Positions 45,172 to 54,727 of a stretch of DNA of 64,000 nucleotides are shown here, piece after piece. The translations under genes were made by a program, and so were the position numbers. The stretch's first letter is position 1, and each line of letters opens with the position of its first letter. A model generated the notes under the pieces. The model did not search any database. It was not told the origin of the DNA and saw nothing but the letters and a program-made list of their open reading frames with translations. The stretch lies in the sequence record PP438435.1; one strand, 5' to 3'.

Positions 45172-45756
45172 TCAATCGAAAACAACACGCCAGCTGCCGG
45201 TGCCTACGGACGTGTTGCCGAGGCACGCGGTCTGGGCCATGCCAGCTATCGCGGTCGTTGTTGGGCGTGCGGCTGCGGAAGCGACCGACACGACACTCGG
45301 CGCGGTGACGGTGAACTCGGCCGGCTCCATGCGGAGCAATGCCAAGGCCAGAGGCACACACGCATCGTCCACGGGACGGAAGACGGTCAGCGCGAACTGC
45401 GTGTTCAGCGCCTGTGCCGCGCCCGACGTCGGCCAGGGGGAGAGCCCCAGTGCGCGCCCCCACGGGTCGCGAGCACTGAAAGCGTTGAAAACCATATGCG
45501 GCGGAAAGAGGCCGCGAGAGATCGCAACCGGCAGCCCGAGAGCGCCCGCCGCGGGCGCGTAGTTCTCTTCGGTCGCATAGGTGCGACGGATGTTCTCGAC
45601 CAGACTTTCGACGTCGCGAGCGAACGCCAGGGCACGCGCGTTCTCGCGATTGGGCGCCATCATCGACAGGATGGCAGCTGTTGCAACAGCCACGACCACG
45701 AGAACCATCAGGATCTCGAGCAGACTGAAACCGTGGGCGTGGGGGTGACTCTTCAT
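45172..45756 (-). CDS. Minor pilin
   Basis: HG/FSLLEIL; DPWG; DDACVPL. Confidence 0.8.
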   Translation of the reverse strand: MKSHPHAHGFSLLEILMVLVVVAVATAAILSMMAPNRENARALAFARDVESLVENIRRTYATEENYAPAAGALGLPVAISRGLFPPHMVFNAFSARDPWGRALGLSPWPTSGAAQALNTQFALTVFRPVDDACVPLALALLRMEPAEFTVTAPSVVSVASAAARPTTTAIAGMAQTACLGNTSVGTGSWRVVFD

Positions 45757-45766
45757 GGTGACTCCA

Positions 45767-45801
45767 GACCACGCCGCCCGCTGACGGCGAGCGGCGTGGT
45801 C
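45767..45801. terminator. Long GC hairpin after the major pilin gene
   Basis: GACCACGCCGC...GCGGCGTGGTC; no U-tract. Confidence 0.55.
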
Positions 45802-45821
45802 ATTCGAGGTCAGATCCAGGA

Positions 45822-46382
45822 TCAGGCGCCGGTCAGAGCAACCGCGACCGTGCCGCTTGCAGCGTTACAGGCGGTATCCAGCGTGGCGGTGTTGAGCGCG
45901 GCGCCAGCCGCCTTCACCTCGGTGGCGCCCACGGACACAGCGCGGAAGTTGTCCGCCACAGCGCGTACGAACGGGTTGCACTCTTCGGCAGGAACGCCGG
46001 CGAAGGTGATCAGGTAGTTGGCACCACTGTTGGAGGCAACAACCGTAATCGCATTGCCCCACGGATCACGCAGCGTGTTGGGCGTGGTCGCGGTGTTCAC
46101 GAGGTTCTTCGGCGCCTGCTTCACGATGGTCTGGACCAGGTCGGCGTTATTCGCGCCGTAGCTGGGGTTCGGGAAATTGCGCGAGATCGCAGATACGATG
46201 CCCAGGGCACCCTGGGTGGCCTGCTGGGTCAGCGCGCCCGAGCGAGCGGTGCCGAAGTTGGCGTAGATGGCCACGCCCAGAATGACGATGATGACCAGGA
46301 CGACGATCAGCTCCAGCAGCGAGAAGCCCTTCTGCTTCTGCTTGCCCTGGATGCGGTTGCGGAGATTGCGAACGTTCTGCAT
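45822..46382 (-). CDS. pilS: Major type IV pilin, PilS-like
   Basis: 19-aa basic leader, KG/FSLLEL, DPWGNAITV, GVPAEEC. Confidence 0.85.
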   Translation of the reverse strand: MQNVRNLRNRIQGKQKQKGFSLLELIVVLVIIVILGVAIYANFGTARSGALTQQATQGALGIVSAISRNFPNPSYGANNADLVQTIVKQAPKNLVNTATTPNTLRDPWGNAITVVASNSGANYLITFAGVPAEECNPFVRAVADNFRAVSVGATEVKAAGAALNTATLDTACNAASGTVAVALTGA

Positions 46383-46444
46383 GGTTGAAGCTCCCTGTTT
46401 TGGGTTTGGAAAAGGGGATCTAGAAACGTCTCCGGTTTGGAGAA

Positions 46445-47764
46445 CTACCGAGCCACCCCCCCCTGCTGCGACTCGGTGTAAAGCATGTAGCCGGGCTCGG
46501 TGACACCGGCATAGACCAGCATCATCGTCAGCATGACCAGCACGACCATGGCGAAGCGCAGCGCGCCCGCCTGGATCGAAACGCGCTTCACGGCGCGATC
46601 GACGCCACGGACGCCCACTGCGTCCAAGCTGTTGCGAAACGAACCCATCCGATCGAAGTCGCGGATGTAGCGCGCGACCTCTTTGCCGAGCAGGCCCGTG
46701 TTCATGGCCTCGCCCGAGCGCTCCGCAGCCCTCGCGCGGTCTAGCATCGTGTCGAGATGGGCGCGCAGCCACGGCGAGGCGATACGCGCGACGTCACGAA
46801 TCGCGGCATCGAACGGGCGCCCTGAACGCACAAGCGCGGCCATTCCGATCAGGAAGCTCGCTGCCTGATACTCGCGGAAGATGCTCCACGGCGGAACGGA
46901 TTGGTCGAGCCCGGCACGCACATGTGCCCGGAACCGCGGATGCGTCATCGCGCCGATGATCAATCCGCCGACGATGTAGGCACCGAGGACGCCGAACGCC
47001 CAAGTGGCGCCCGCCGTCGCGGCCAACGCAGCAAGCGCATAGAACAAGGGCTTTCGCCCATACGTCTCATCGGGGCGCGTGAAGGTGTGCGGCACCCAGG
47101 AGCCCAGCGTGGCCATGACAGCCCAGAGCACAGCACCCGCACCGGCAGCGGCATAGAGCCCCTGCGAAATCAGTCCGTCACCAATCGTCTTGAGCAGGTA
47201 GCTGCTCATCGGCCACTCGTCGACCGGTCGGTCCAGCATCATCTCAAGCTGGGGCGCGACCTCGCTGGCAATCACGACCAGCATGCCGATCAGGGCCAAC
47301 AGCAGGATCACGGGATACATCAGCTGCTTGCGCAGCTCATCACGAATGCGGCCGTTCGCTTCGCACACAAAGCGAGCTTCATGGAACGCGCTCGTCCACT
47401 TGCCGGAGGACTCGCCGACGCTGAGCATCACGCGCTCGACGGACGGAATGTACCGCCCAAGCGCCTCACTGAAGGGGCGCACATCATTGATGTAGCGACG
47501 CGCAACATCACGCCACATCACGGCCCACGGCGACTTCTCTTCGTCGGCGTTGGACAGGAGCGTCCGGATGATTGCGTCGAGCGACTTGTCTTCACCGGTG
47601 AAGGTCTCGAAGCGCTCGTAGATCTCAATCCGCGTCTGAGGGCGCGACATCGCAAAGCGCACCTGCAGCATGTGCAGGCGTTCTTCCAGGGACGGCGCCG
47701 GCGTTGCGGATTCCGACGATGCCGGCGCTCGTGGCGCATCCCGGCGCAGAAGGCGCGCTATCAC
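46445..47764 (-). CDS. pilR: Pilus platform protein PilR (GspF family)
   Basis: ERVML..GE.SG, LMYP, TM helices. Confidence 0.85.
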   Translation of the reverse strand: MIARLLRRDAPRAPASSESATPAPSLEERLHMLQVRFAMSRPQTRIEIYERFETFTGEDKSLDAIIRTLLSNADEEKSPWAVMWRDVARRYINDVRPFSEALGRYIPSVERVMLSVGESSGKWTSAFHEARFVCEANGRIRDELRKQLMYPVILLLALIGMLVVIASEVAPQLEMMLDRPVDEWPMSSYLLKTIGDGLISQGLYAAAGAGAVLWAVMATLGSWVPHTFTRPDETYGRKPLFYALAALAATAGATWAFGVLGAYIVGGLIIGAMTHPRFRAHVRAGLDQSVPPWSIFREYQAASFLIGMAALVRSGRPFDAAIRDVARIASPWLRAHLDTMLDRARAAERSGEAMNTGLLGKEVARYIRDFDRMGSFRNSLDAVGVRGVDRAVKRVSIQAGALRFAMVVLVMLTMMLVYAGVTEPGYMLYTESQQGGVAR

Positions 47765-49785
47765 GAGTGACCTCGCGCGAAGGGCCCGCCCAGCCCCGGG
47801 TAATGCGGCTCACGCTCATAGCGCGCCAAGGCGTCGTTCATCTCGGCCTGGTCGATCACGCCCAGCCGCTGCAGCTCCTTGACGCGATCGCGCAGGGACG
47901 TCTCCTCACCAATGCGTCCAATCCCATGACGGTCGAGCATCAGCGGACACACCTTCCCCTGCCCCACCAGGTACAGCCCGTGCTCGAGCATCGTGAGCCC
48001 GGCGGCGACCTGCGCGGTGTCAGGCTGCAGAAGTCGCGCAGCGGCCCAGTAATGGCCAAGCGCCAACCAGTTGCCTTCGGAGATCAGCCCCTGCATTCGC
48101 AGGTTGGGCACAAGCATCTCCACCAGCGCCGACCGGCCCTTGGTGCCGTTCTGGCCGCACTCCTTGCAGCCAGGCCCCTTGATCCGAACCTTGGTCACGT
48201 CCACGTACCGCGAGAGCCTCTCGCGCACTCGCGCGAACTCTGCGGCCAGATTCGGCTTGACCTGGGTCTGCCCCGTCAACGGCTGGCTGCAGTGCGGGCA
48301 CAAGAGCGGGATAAGGCTCTGCGAGATGATCGACCGCAGAAAGCCTTCGCTCCCGAGCACATCCAGGCTGACACCGTTAGTCATCAGACGCTGCAGGCAG
48401 TGGACCAGCGACGAAGCGTGGAAGGTCGTCAGGACACGATGCCCCGTGAGCGCCGCGTTCATGGCCATCTGCGCGCTGGCCGGGTCGCGGATTTCCCCGA
48501 TCAGAATGGAATCGGGGTCCATACGCATCGCGGCGCGCAGAGCGCGCAGAAAGCTCGTCGAGATGCGAGACGTTTCGGTTTCAGCGGAGCCTTCCTGGAT
48601 GTTTACCGGGATCTGTCGCGCCGCCAGCGGGTACTCGGGTGGGTCCTCGACCGCGAGGATCTTCTGCCCGGGAAAATTCGCTGCCAGGTGGGCAACCATG
48701 CTCTGTAGCGTGGTCGACTTGCCACTTCCAGTGGCGCCAATCAGGACCGTGAGCCCGGTCGCGTGCTCCAGCTGCCCCAGCGCACCGCGTTTCTGCGGCG
48801 CGAGGAAGCCCAAAGCATCCATCGTCAGCGCAGCGCCACCGCGCCCGATCGCGATCACCCGCATGACGGCATCGAAGGAATCGAAGCCGGGCGCGGACGG
48901 ATACGCAGGTGAGCTCTGGAAGCGCAGGCGCAGATCGATAGGATCCGGAACGCCCTGTATGCGCACGCGGCGACTCACTGTCATCGCCTGCGGGACTTTA
49001 GGATTGAAGTCGATCTGCTTCGTATCTGTGTCGCCGGCGACGAAGAGACCTCGTGCCAAGAGAAGACCCCAGTCTGGCGACTCAACCAGCTCGCGAACCA
49101 TCTCGCCGTCAATTCGGAAGTAGACCTCCGTGCCACCCATCTTGCGGTAGACATGGATGTCGGAAGCACGCTTCTGATGGGCCGACATCAACAGCGCGTC
49201 GATGACGCCTGCCATGGCGCTGGCGTCACGACTCAAGGCCTGCACGCCTATCCCAGCGCCCTCGTACACGGTGCGTATCAAGTCGACACTTGCCGTATAG
49301 CGGCTGCTGATCGTGTACTTCTCGCGCTCCAGCTGCGTCAGCAAGTCGGAGTAGGTGCGGCGGTCTTCCTGGAGACCTGACCAGATCACGATGACGCGCC
49401 CGGTAACCTCCAGAGGCACCGCCACCCGTTGCTGTTGCGGGCTCAGCTGGATGTTCGGTCGCGAGGTCAAGACGACCGCGGTCTCGGGCTGGTAGCCGAC
49501 GATCTCACTCAGCGCATTGAGGGGCTTGCTCTGGTCCAGCGGCCGGCGCCCCACAACGGGCCCAGGACCGCCCACAGGAGCCGCCTGAGGGCTCGATGCC
49601 GACGACGGGACTGAACCGGCCCCGCTCAGACCACCCTCATGCAGCGCATTGTTCGCCACCATCTCACCCTCCCTGCGACCGGGAGCGGGCCGCGCACCGG
49701 CTTGCCCGAGAATCCCGCCGGTCGCGGCTTGCGTCAGCTGTCTAGCCCGAGCGCCGATGCTGCCGAAGTTGTTGATAAGCCCCAT
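47761..49785 (-). CDS. pilQ: Pilus assembly ATPase PilQ (GspE/PilB family)
   Basis: ASDIH, GATGSGKSTT, VEDPPEY, MRMDPD.ILIGEIRD, TGH, CPHC...CKEC. Confidence 0.92.
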   Translation of the reverse strand: MGLINNFGSIGARARQLTQAATGGILGQAGARPAPGRREGEMVANNALHEGGLSGAGSVPSSASSPQAAPVGGPGPVVGRRPLDQSKPLNALSEIVGYQPETAVVLTSRPNIQLSPQQQRVAVPLEVTGRVIVIWSGLQEDRRTYSDLLTQLEREKYTISSRYTASVDLIRTVYEGAGIGVQALSRDASAMAGVIDALLMSAHQKRASDIHVYRKMGGTEVYFRIDGEMVRELVESPDWGLLLARGLFVAGDTDTKQIDFNPKVPQAMTVSRRVRIQGVPDPIDLRLRFQSSPAYPSAPGFDSFDAVMRVIAIGRGGAALTMDALGFLAPQKRGALGQLEHATGLTVLIGATGSGKSTTLQSMVAHLAANFPGQKILAVEDPPEYPLAARQIPVNIQEGSAETETSRISTSFLRALRAAMRMDPDSILIGEIRDPASAQMAMNAALTGHRVLTTFHASSLVHCLQRLMTNGVSLDVLGSEGFLRSIISQSLIPLLCPHCSQPLTGQTQVKPNLAAEFARVRERLSRYVDVTKVRIKGPGCKECGQNGTKGRSALVEMLVPNLRMQGLISEGNWLALGHYWAAARLLQPDTAQVAAGLTMLEHGLYLVGQGKVCPLMLDRHGIGRIGEETSLRDRVKELQRLGVIDQAEMNDALARYEREPHYPGLGGPFARGHS

Positions 49786-49899
49786 CGGTCCTCTCCGCCC
49801 GCCGCCTGCGCAGCTAGGCCATCGTATCAGTTTTCGTGCGGAAAACGAGTTGTCGTTACGCGAATATCGTCGTCACACATCGAGCCCCGAGAACGCGCT

Positions 49900-50481
49900 C
49901 TAGAACTGCGACCTGGACGGCGGCTGTGCCACGCCGGGGATCCCAGCGGTCATCCCCGGCGTGGCACCCGGCGGCGCTTGTTGGATACTCGATGCGCTCA
50001 CGGGCTCTGGCGCTGCCCGCTTGTTCAGGAACAAGCGACTGCGCGCACCGGACCGATCCGCCAGAACGACGCTGCCTTGCTCGATCTGCACAAGGCGCCA
50101 GTCGTCGGAAACGAAATCGCCGACACGCAACCGACGCGCGGTGGAGCCCACAGCGATCTCAGCAAGGCGAACGTCACCAGCCCCGAAGATTCCAATCAGC
50201 AGTGGAGCGGCCTGAGCGCCAACGCCCCCGGACAGCCGAGCGCGCGCCTCTTCCGCGGCACGCTGGGCTTCCAGCAGCGCCGTCTCCGCGCGATAGAGGT
50301 CTGTCTGAGCCGCAATGCGCCCATACTCGTCGCCCGCGCCTTCCAGGGCGCGATCAAGTTGGACTGCGGGCGGCGGCGACGTGGAAGCAGCAGGCGCCTC
50401 CTGCGCACTAGCGCACAGCGAAACCGCAAGAAGCAGCACGCTCATAGCCACTGAAACACTGCGCCGACTACTGCACGACAT
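49900..50481 (-). CDS. pilP: PilP-like accessory protein
   Basis: Signal peptide, coiled coil, then LIGIFG...AEI beta-domain; gene order. Confidence 0.65.
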   Translation of the reverse strand: MSCSSRRSVSVAMSVLLLAVSLCASAQEAPAASTSPPPAVQLDRALEGAGDEYGRIAAQTDLYRAETALLEAQRAAEEARARLSGGVGAQAAPLLIGIFGAGDVRLAEIAVGSTARRLRVGDFVSDDWRLVQIEQGSVVLADRSGARSRLFLNKRAAPEPVSASSIQQAPPGATPGMTAGIPGVAQPPSRSQF

Positions 50482-51961
50482 ACTCTGCCTCCACACTCCA
50501 GGGGGTTTGATCCAAGCCGGTTGATGCCTGGCTCGGCCTGAACACGATCTTGCGAACCGAAATCGCTCGCAGATCCAGGGGTAGCGACTCCAAGCGCCAT
50601 GCGCCGGTGCCGCTGACCGTGATCGCCGCCACCCTGAAGCCTTCCGGGGGCAGCACTTGCACGAAACGTGCCGGGTTATTGACCTCGTTCTCCAAAGCGG
50701 GATCGAGGTAGCTGATGTCCGCCGGCGTCGCCGACGCCATACCCCAAGGCGAAACGGCAGCGCGAGAGCTGGCCGCGCCCAGCTGGCTTCGGGTCAACAG
50801 CAGTCGCCTCAGCGACGCGTCCTCCGGCATCTCGGCGATCGACCAGCTTCCTCGTGTTGGGGGCGCCTCCACCTTCCAGTTCGCTGTGACCTGGCGCCCG
50901 GAGGGATCAATCGCAAACGCCTCCGGTTGCGCTGCTTCGATCTGCCGCACGACCCGTTCGGTCAGCGTCAACGCCGACAACGAAGGCGGCGACGACCACG
51001 TCCCGGCGACCCCGGACCCATCGCACGTGAGCTCGGTCAGCGTCCACCCTTGCAGGGAAACGCCAAGGCCCTTGAACGAAGCCAGGCAGCGCTGGATCGC
51101 GTCCATGGGGGAAGCGGTGTCGGTATGGCGCTGCAAGGCCGCGGCGATCGCTCGCGCCTTGCGTCGCTGGCGCTCGGCCTCGATCTCATCCGCCGACGGC
51201 GCGGCTGGCGCCTGCTGCGCCGCAAGCAGGGCCTGCTCCGCTTCGATGCGAATGCGCTCACGTTCCTGGTGCTGAGACCACAGGGTGTGCCCGAGGTATG
51301 CCACAGCGGCCACGCCGGCCAAACCGATGAAAAGCCAGCTCGTGCGCGCGTCGACGCCCGACATCTGACCGATGAGCGCATCTCGCGACGGCACATCTGA
51401 AAAGACGGTCTCCCACGACAAGAACTGTGGATCCTTGAGTCCCAGGTGCGCCATGACCTCGGTCAAGCGTCCCGTCGCCGGGTACTGAGCCATCATGGTT
51501 CCGTCGGGCCGTGTCGGCACCACGACGATCTCGGGGGCCTGGCCGATCCGATCGAAATGCTCGAGCGCGGCATCGATCGCTTCGCCACTCTCCGAGCGCG
51601 TGCCCACGCAGTCGCCCGCGAGCCACACGTTGGGATCAGCGACGCCCACCCAGAACACATCCGCACCCAGTTCAGCGATGACGAGGCACGGGCGCTTTCG
51701 CGACTCTGACAGCCACGCCGCCGCGCTGTACGTTTTCGGGAGCCGTTGCGTCGGCGCCGTCAGGCACAGTCCGCCGACGAACCGACGATCGTCGGTCTCG
51801 TTGAGTACCGCGTACTTGACCCGCGCCGCCTTCATGCTTTTCAGCAGCGACGTTTGCGCCGCTTTGCTTGACTGCGCGGCGATGCTCTCCCATCGCAGTC
51901 CGAACGCAGTCTGCTTGCCCTTCACCGAAAGGATCGTGGGCGTAGTGAGCGACGCGCTCAT
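50468..51961 (-). CDS. pilO: PilO-like accessory protein
   Basis: AFGLRW, central TM, GWTLTELTC; gene order. Confidence 0.75.
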   Translation of the reverse strand: MSASLTTPTILSVKGKQTAFGLRWESIAAQSSKAAQTSLLKSMKAARVKYAVLNETDDRRFVGGLCLTAPTQRLPKTYSAAAWLSESRKRPCLVIAELGADVFWVGVADPNVWLAGDCVGTRSESGEAIDAALEHFDRIGQAPEIVVVPTRPDGTMMAQYPATGRLTEVMAHLGLKDPQFLSWETVFSDVPSRDALIGQMSGVDARTSWLFIGLAGVAAVAYLGHTLWSQHQERERIRIEAEQALLAAQQAPAAPSADEIEAERQRRKARAIAAALQRHTDTASPMDAIQRCLASFKGLGVSLQGWTLTELTCDGSGVAGTWSSPPSLSALTLTERVVRQIEAAQPEAFAIDPSGRQVTANWKVEAPPTRGSWSIAEMPEDASLRRLLLTRSQLGAASSRAAVSPWGMASATPADISYLDPALENEVNNPARFVQVLPPEGFRVAAITVSGTGAWRLESLPLDLRAISVRKIVFRPSQASTGLDQTPWSVEAEYVVQ

Positions 51962-51962
51962 C

Positions 51963-53630
51963 TCAAGCCATCCGGCGCGGCGTAACGAGGATCACGAGAA
52001 CCGTCCGCGTGCTCTGACTGTTCCGGCTGCCGCCCCCCAACATGAAGCTGGCCACCCCATTGCCACGCGCTTCGCTTCGGGCGCGCTCCTGCTCGAAGCC
52101 CCACAGGGCGAGCGTCTGCCCGGAGCGCAGCTTGACGCGCTGCATGGTGTCTCGCTTCGACACAGTGGGGACCTCGATGCGCCCAGCATTCGCGCCACCG
52201 CCACCGCTCACGGTGCGCAGCTCGCGCAGCGAGGAAATCGTCGATGAGAACTGCAGCAGCACATCATCGTTGTCGAGAATGACCGGGAGCATCTGCATGC
52301 TGAAGCCGACGCTCAGCACACCCGGGGTCAGACGCACTTGGATGCCGCCCGACTCCGGCAACACAGTCGTCTCCTGTTCGGCGAGATAACTGACCTCATC
52401 CACGATGTTGATCGGGGTCGGTGCATTACTCAGCACCGGCACGGCCTGGTTCGTGGTGACGCGGACGTTGCCTTGCGTCTCAAGTGCCTGCAGAAGCAGA
52501 TTCGAGCCCGCGAAATTGTAGGTCGGATCAATCACGGCGAAACTCGCAGTATTGACATTGGTCGGGACGTCCGCTGTGCTCAGGAGCGACAGCTGCGTGC
52601 GCCCGTTCAGCGCTTGCCTGACGATGTCCCAGTTGATGCCATAGGCCTCGGCATCGTTCAGATCGACCGACACCACTTGCACATCAACGAACGCCTGACG
52701 CGTGGCCATTTCGTTGATGTTCTCGACCAGTGCAGAAACGCGGTCGTGGACGATAGGCGTATCGGTCACCGTGATCAGGCCCATGCCCTGCATCAGCACA
52801 GCCTCACCGCCATCGCTCAGCATGCTCCGAATGGCTTCGGCCGCTGGCGCGACAATGTCGACCTCGACCTCCATGGTGGCCTGCTGGTCTGACGTGGTCG
52901 TGGTGCTGGCGCTGCTGCCGCCGGAGCCACCACCGCCCGACGAACTACCGCCAGACGCCGAGCTGCTGCCCAAGCGACCGCTCAGCCCGCTCACACCCGG
53001 GATCGCCGTGATGCGGTAGGTGCGGGTAACGAAGCGACTGATCACGATGCCGCTGCCGCCGAACTCCCAGAACGTGCCGGTGCGGGTTGTGATGTAGTCA
53101 AGCAACCCTCGCAACGAGCCCTGATAGTCGATGCGCACAGCACCGCCTTGGGTCGATGCACCCGACGCTCCCTGCTGCTGACTGGAGAGCGCAAGCCCTA
53201 ATGCCAGGGGGCCGGTGGGCTGGGCGGCGACATCGGCCTCGAACGGATCGGGCGCCATTTGTCCAGCTGCCTGGATCGCGTCCTGTGCCACGCTGACGCG
53301 CACACCCAGCGTGGTCTGTACGAGCTCAGCCACTTGCGGCAGCGTCATCAGATGGCCGCGCGTGAACTCGACGCTCTGATCCAGGACGCGCTCGCGCTCG
53401 GAGTTGATCGGCAACGGAATCGCCTCGCCGCTGCCCAAGTACACGCCGTCCGACACCGACCAGTCATGGCCCGGCTGCGAACGAAGATTGTTGCGTGCCT
53501 CATCGACGAGCTTGACCTCTTCACGCGCCAGCGTTCCCTGCTGCGTATGCAGAGAGGTGGCGCAGCCGGAAAGGAAGACCAGCGAAGCGAGCGCAAGGGA
53601 GACAATGCCCGCGCGGAGGGTTGGGGTCAT
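51963..53630 (-). CDS. pilN: PilN secretin (type IVb, lipoprotein)
   Basis: Lipobox LSGC, Ser/Gly linker, secretin domain, VILVTP. Confidence 0.9.
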   Translation of the reverse strand: MTPTLRAGIVSLALASLVFLSGCATSLHTQQGTLAREEVKLVDEARNNLRSQPGHDWSVSDGVYLGSGEAIPLPINSERERVLDQSVEFTRGHLMTLPQVAELVQTTLGVRVSVAQDAIQAAGQMAPDPFEADVAAQPTGPLALGLALSSQQQGASGASTQGGAVRIDYQGSLRGLLDYITTRTGTFWEFGGSGIVISRFVTRTYRITAIPGVSGLSGRLGSSSASGGSSSGGGGSGGSSASTTTTSDQQATMEVEVDIVAPAAEAIRSMLSDGGEAVLMQGMGLITVTDTPIVHDRVSALVENINEMATRQAFVDVQVVSVDLNDAEAYGINWDIVRQALNGRTQLSLLSTADVPTNVNTASFAVIDPTYNFAGSNLLLQALETQGNVRVTTNQAVPVLSNAPTPINIVDEVSYLAEQETTVLPESGGIQVRLTPGVLSVGFSMQMLPVILDNDDVLLQFSSTISSLRELRTVSGGGGANAGRIEVPTVSKRDTMQRVKLRSGQTLALWGFEQERARSEARGNGVASFMLGGGSRNSQSTRTVLVILVTPRRMA

Positions 53631-54358
53631 GGCTGCACCTTGCCTTCGATCAAGAGGACGCGATTGCCGCGATACGCCGTTGCAGTGAGGCGCTTCTGGC
53701 CAGGTGGCGTACGGAATGCGGAGAGCACCAGCGGCACGACATCCGTCAGCTGGTCCTCGGTAAAAAGGTTGTCTGCTTCGATCCTGAGATCGAAATCCGC
53801 TTGCCAACGCAGGGTCCAGCCCTGTGCGTCGACCCATCGTTGGAACGCGGTGCGTACGGTCTCACCCGCGCGAACATCGAACGTGGCCTGATGCGTCGGC
53901 ACGGTTGTCACCACCGTGGTGACAACCGGGTCCACCGCCGCGACGGCGCCAACGGCCGTACCGGTGGACAGCGTGATTTCCTCGACCGGAGTCGCTTCAG
54001 CAACAGCCGCTGGAATGGACGGTGGAGGAATCGACGCCGGCGCCGGATAAGAGGGGGCAGCCGCCGCGGGTTCCTGCGCCACAGGAACAGGGGGGAGAGC
54101 CGACGACGCAGGAGTGGTCGCGGCGGCTGGTTCTGGTGGAGCACTTGCGGGGGGTGCGCTCACGATCGCAGGCGCCTGAGGGGCGGACCGCGGCGGCTCT
54201 GGCGCAAGAAACGGGTCCGCCTGAGGCGGGGCCGCTCCTGCGTCGTCGGCCTGCTCCAGTGGGGGCAGTGCCTCGACCTCCTCTTCGATGAAGACGAAGT
54301 CGGCGCGCGCAGAGGCTGCGACCACCAGCCAGAGCAAAATCGGGAGCATGTACCGCAT
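53627..54358 (-). CDS. pilL: PilL-like protein with TcpQ domain
   Basis: Signal peptide, Pro/Ala linker, VRAGETVRTAFQRW...GWTLRW. Confidence 0.75.
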   Translation of the reverse strand: MRYMLPILLWLVVAASARADFVFIEEEVEALPPLEQADDAGAAPPQADPFLAPEPPRSAPQAPAIVSAPPASAPPEPAAATTPASSALPPVPVAQEPAAAAPSYPAPASIPPPSIPAAVAEATPVEEITLSTGTAVGAVAAVDPVVTTVVTTVPTHQATFDVRAGETVRTAFQRWVDAQGWTLRWQADFDLRIEADNLFTEDQLTDVVPLVLSAFRTPPGQKRLTATAYRGNRVLLIEGKVQP

Positions 54359-54392
54359 AGAAACTCCAACGTGAATGCAACGATTGAACGGA

Positions 54393-54725
54393 CTAGCGCG
54401 TCGTGAATGGCTGCAGCGGCGGGCGCACTGGCGGAACATCGGAGGGCGAAGAGGTTGCGGCCCCTGGCTCCGCAATACCTCGCGGTTTCTTGGGCCGGGA
54501 CTTAGTAGAGGAACGCTCACGCCTCGCTGTGATGCCTAACTGGAGCCGCTCCACCTGTTTCGTCGCCGCACGCAGAACTCTCTCGACATCAGCGACTGCA
54601 CGGAAGAGATGGAGCCGAAGGAACTCACTTCGCGCCAACCCAGACATCCCCTGAATGCGTTCCAAGATGGCTCGATGTTCAGGGATCTCATCGTCGAGCT
54701 CCAAACGCACCGTATGCCTGGCCAT
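54393..54725 (-). CDS. ParR/StbB-like partition adaptor
   Basis: Small basic protein directly after parM; RSEFLRLHL. Confidence 0.55.
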   Translation of the reverse strand: MARHTVRLELDDEIPEHRAILERIQGMSGLARSEFLRLHLFRAVADVERVLRAATKQVERLQLGITARRERSSTKSRPKKPRGIAEPGAATSSPSDVPPVRPPLQPFTTR

Positions 54726-54727
54726 GC

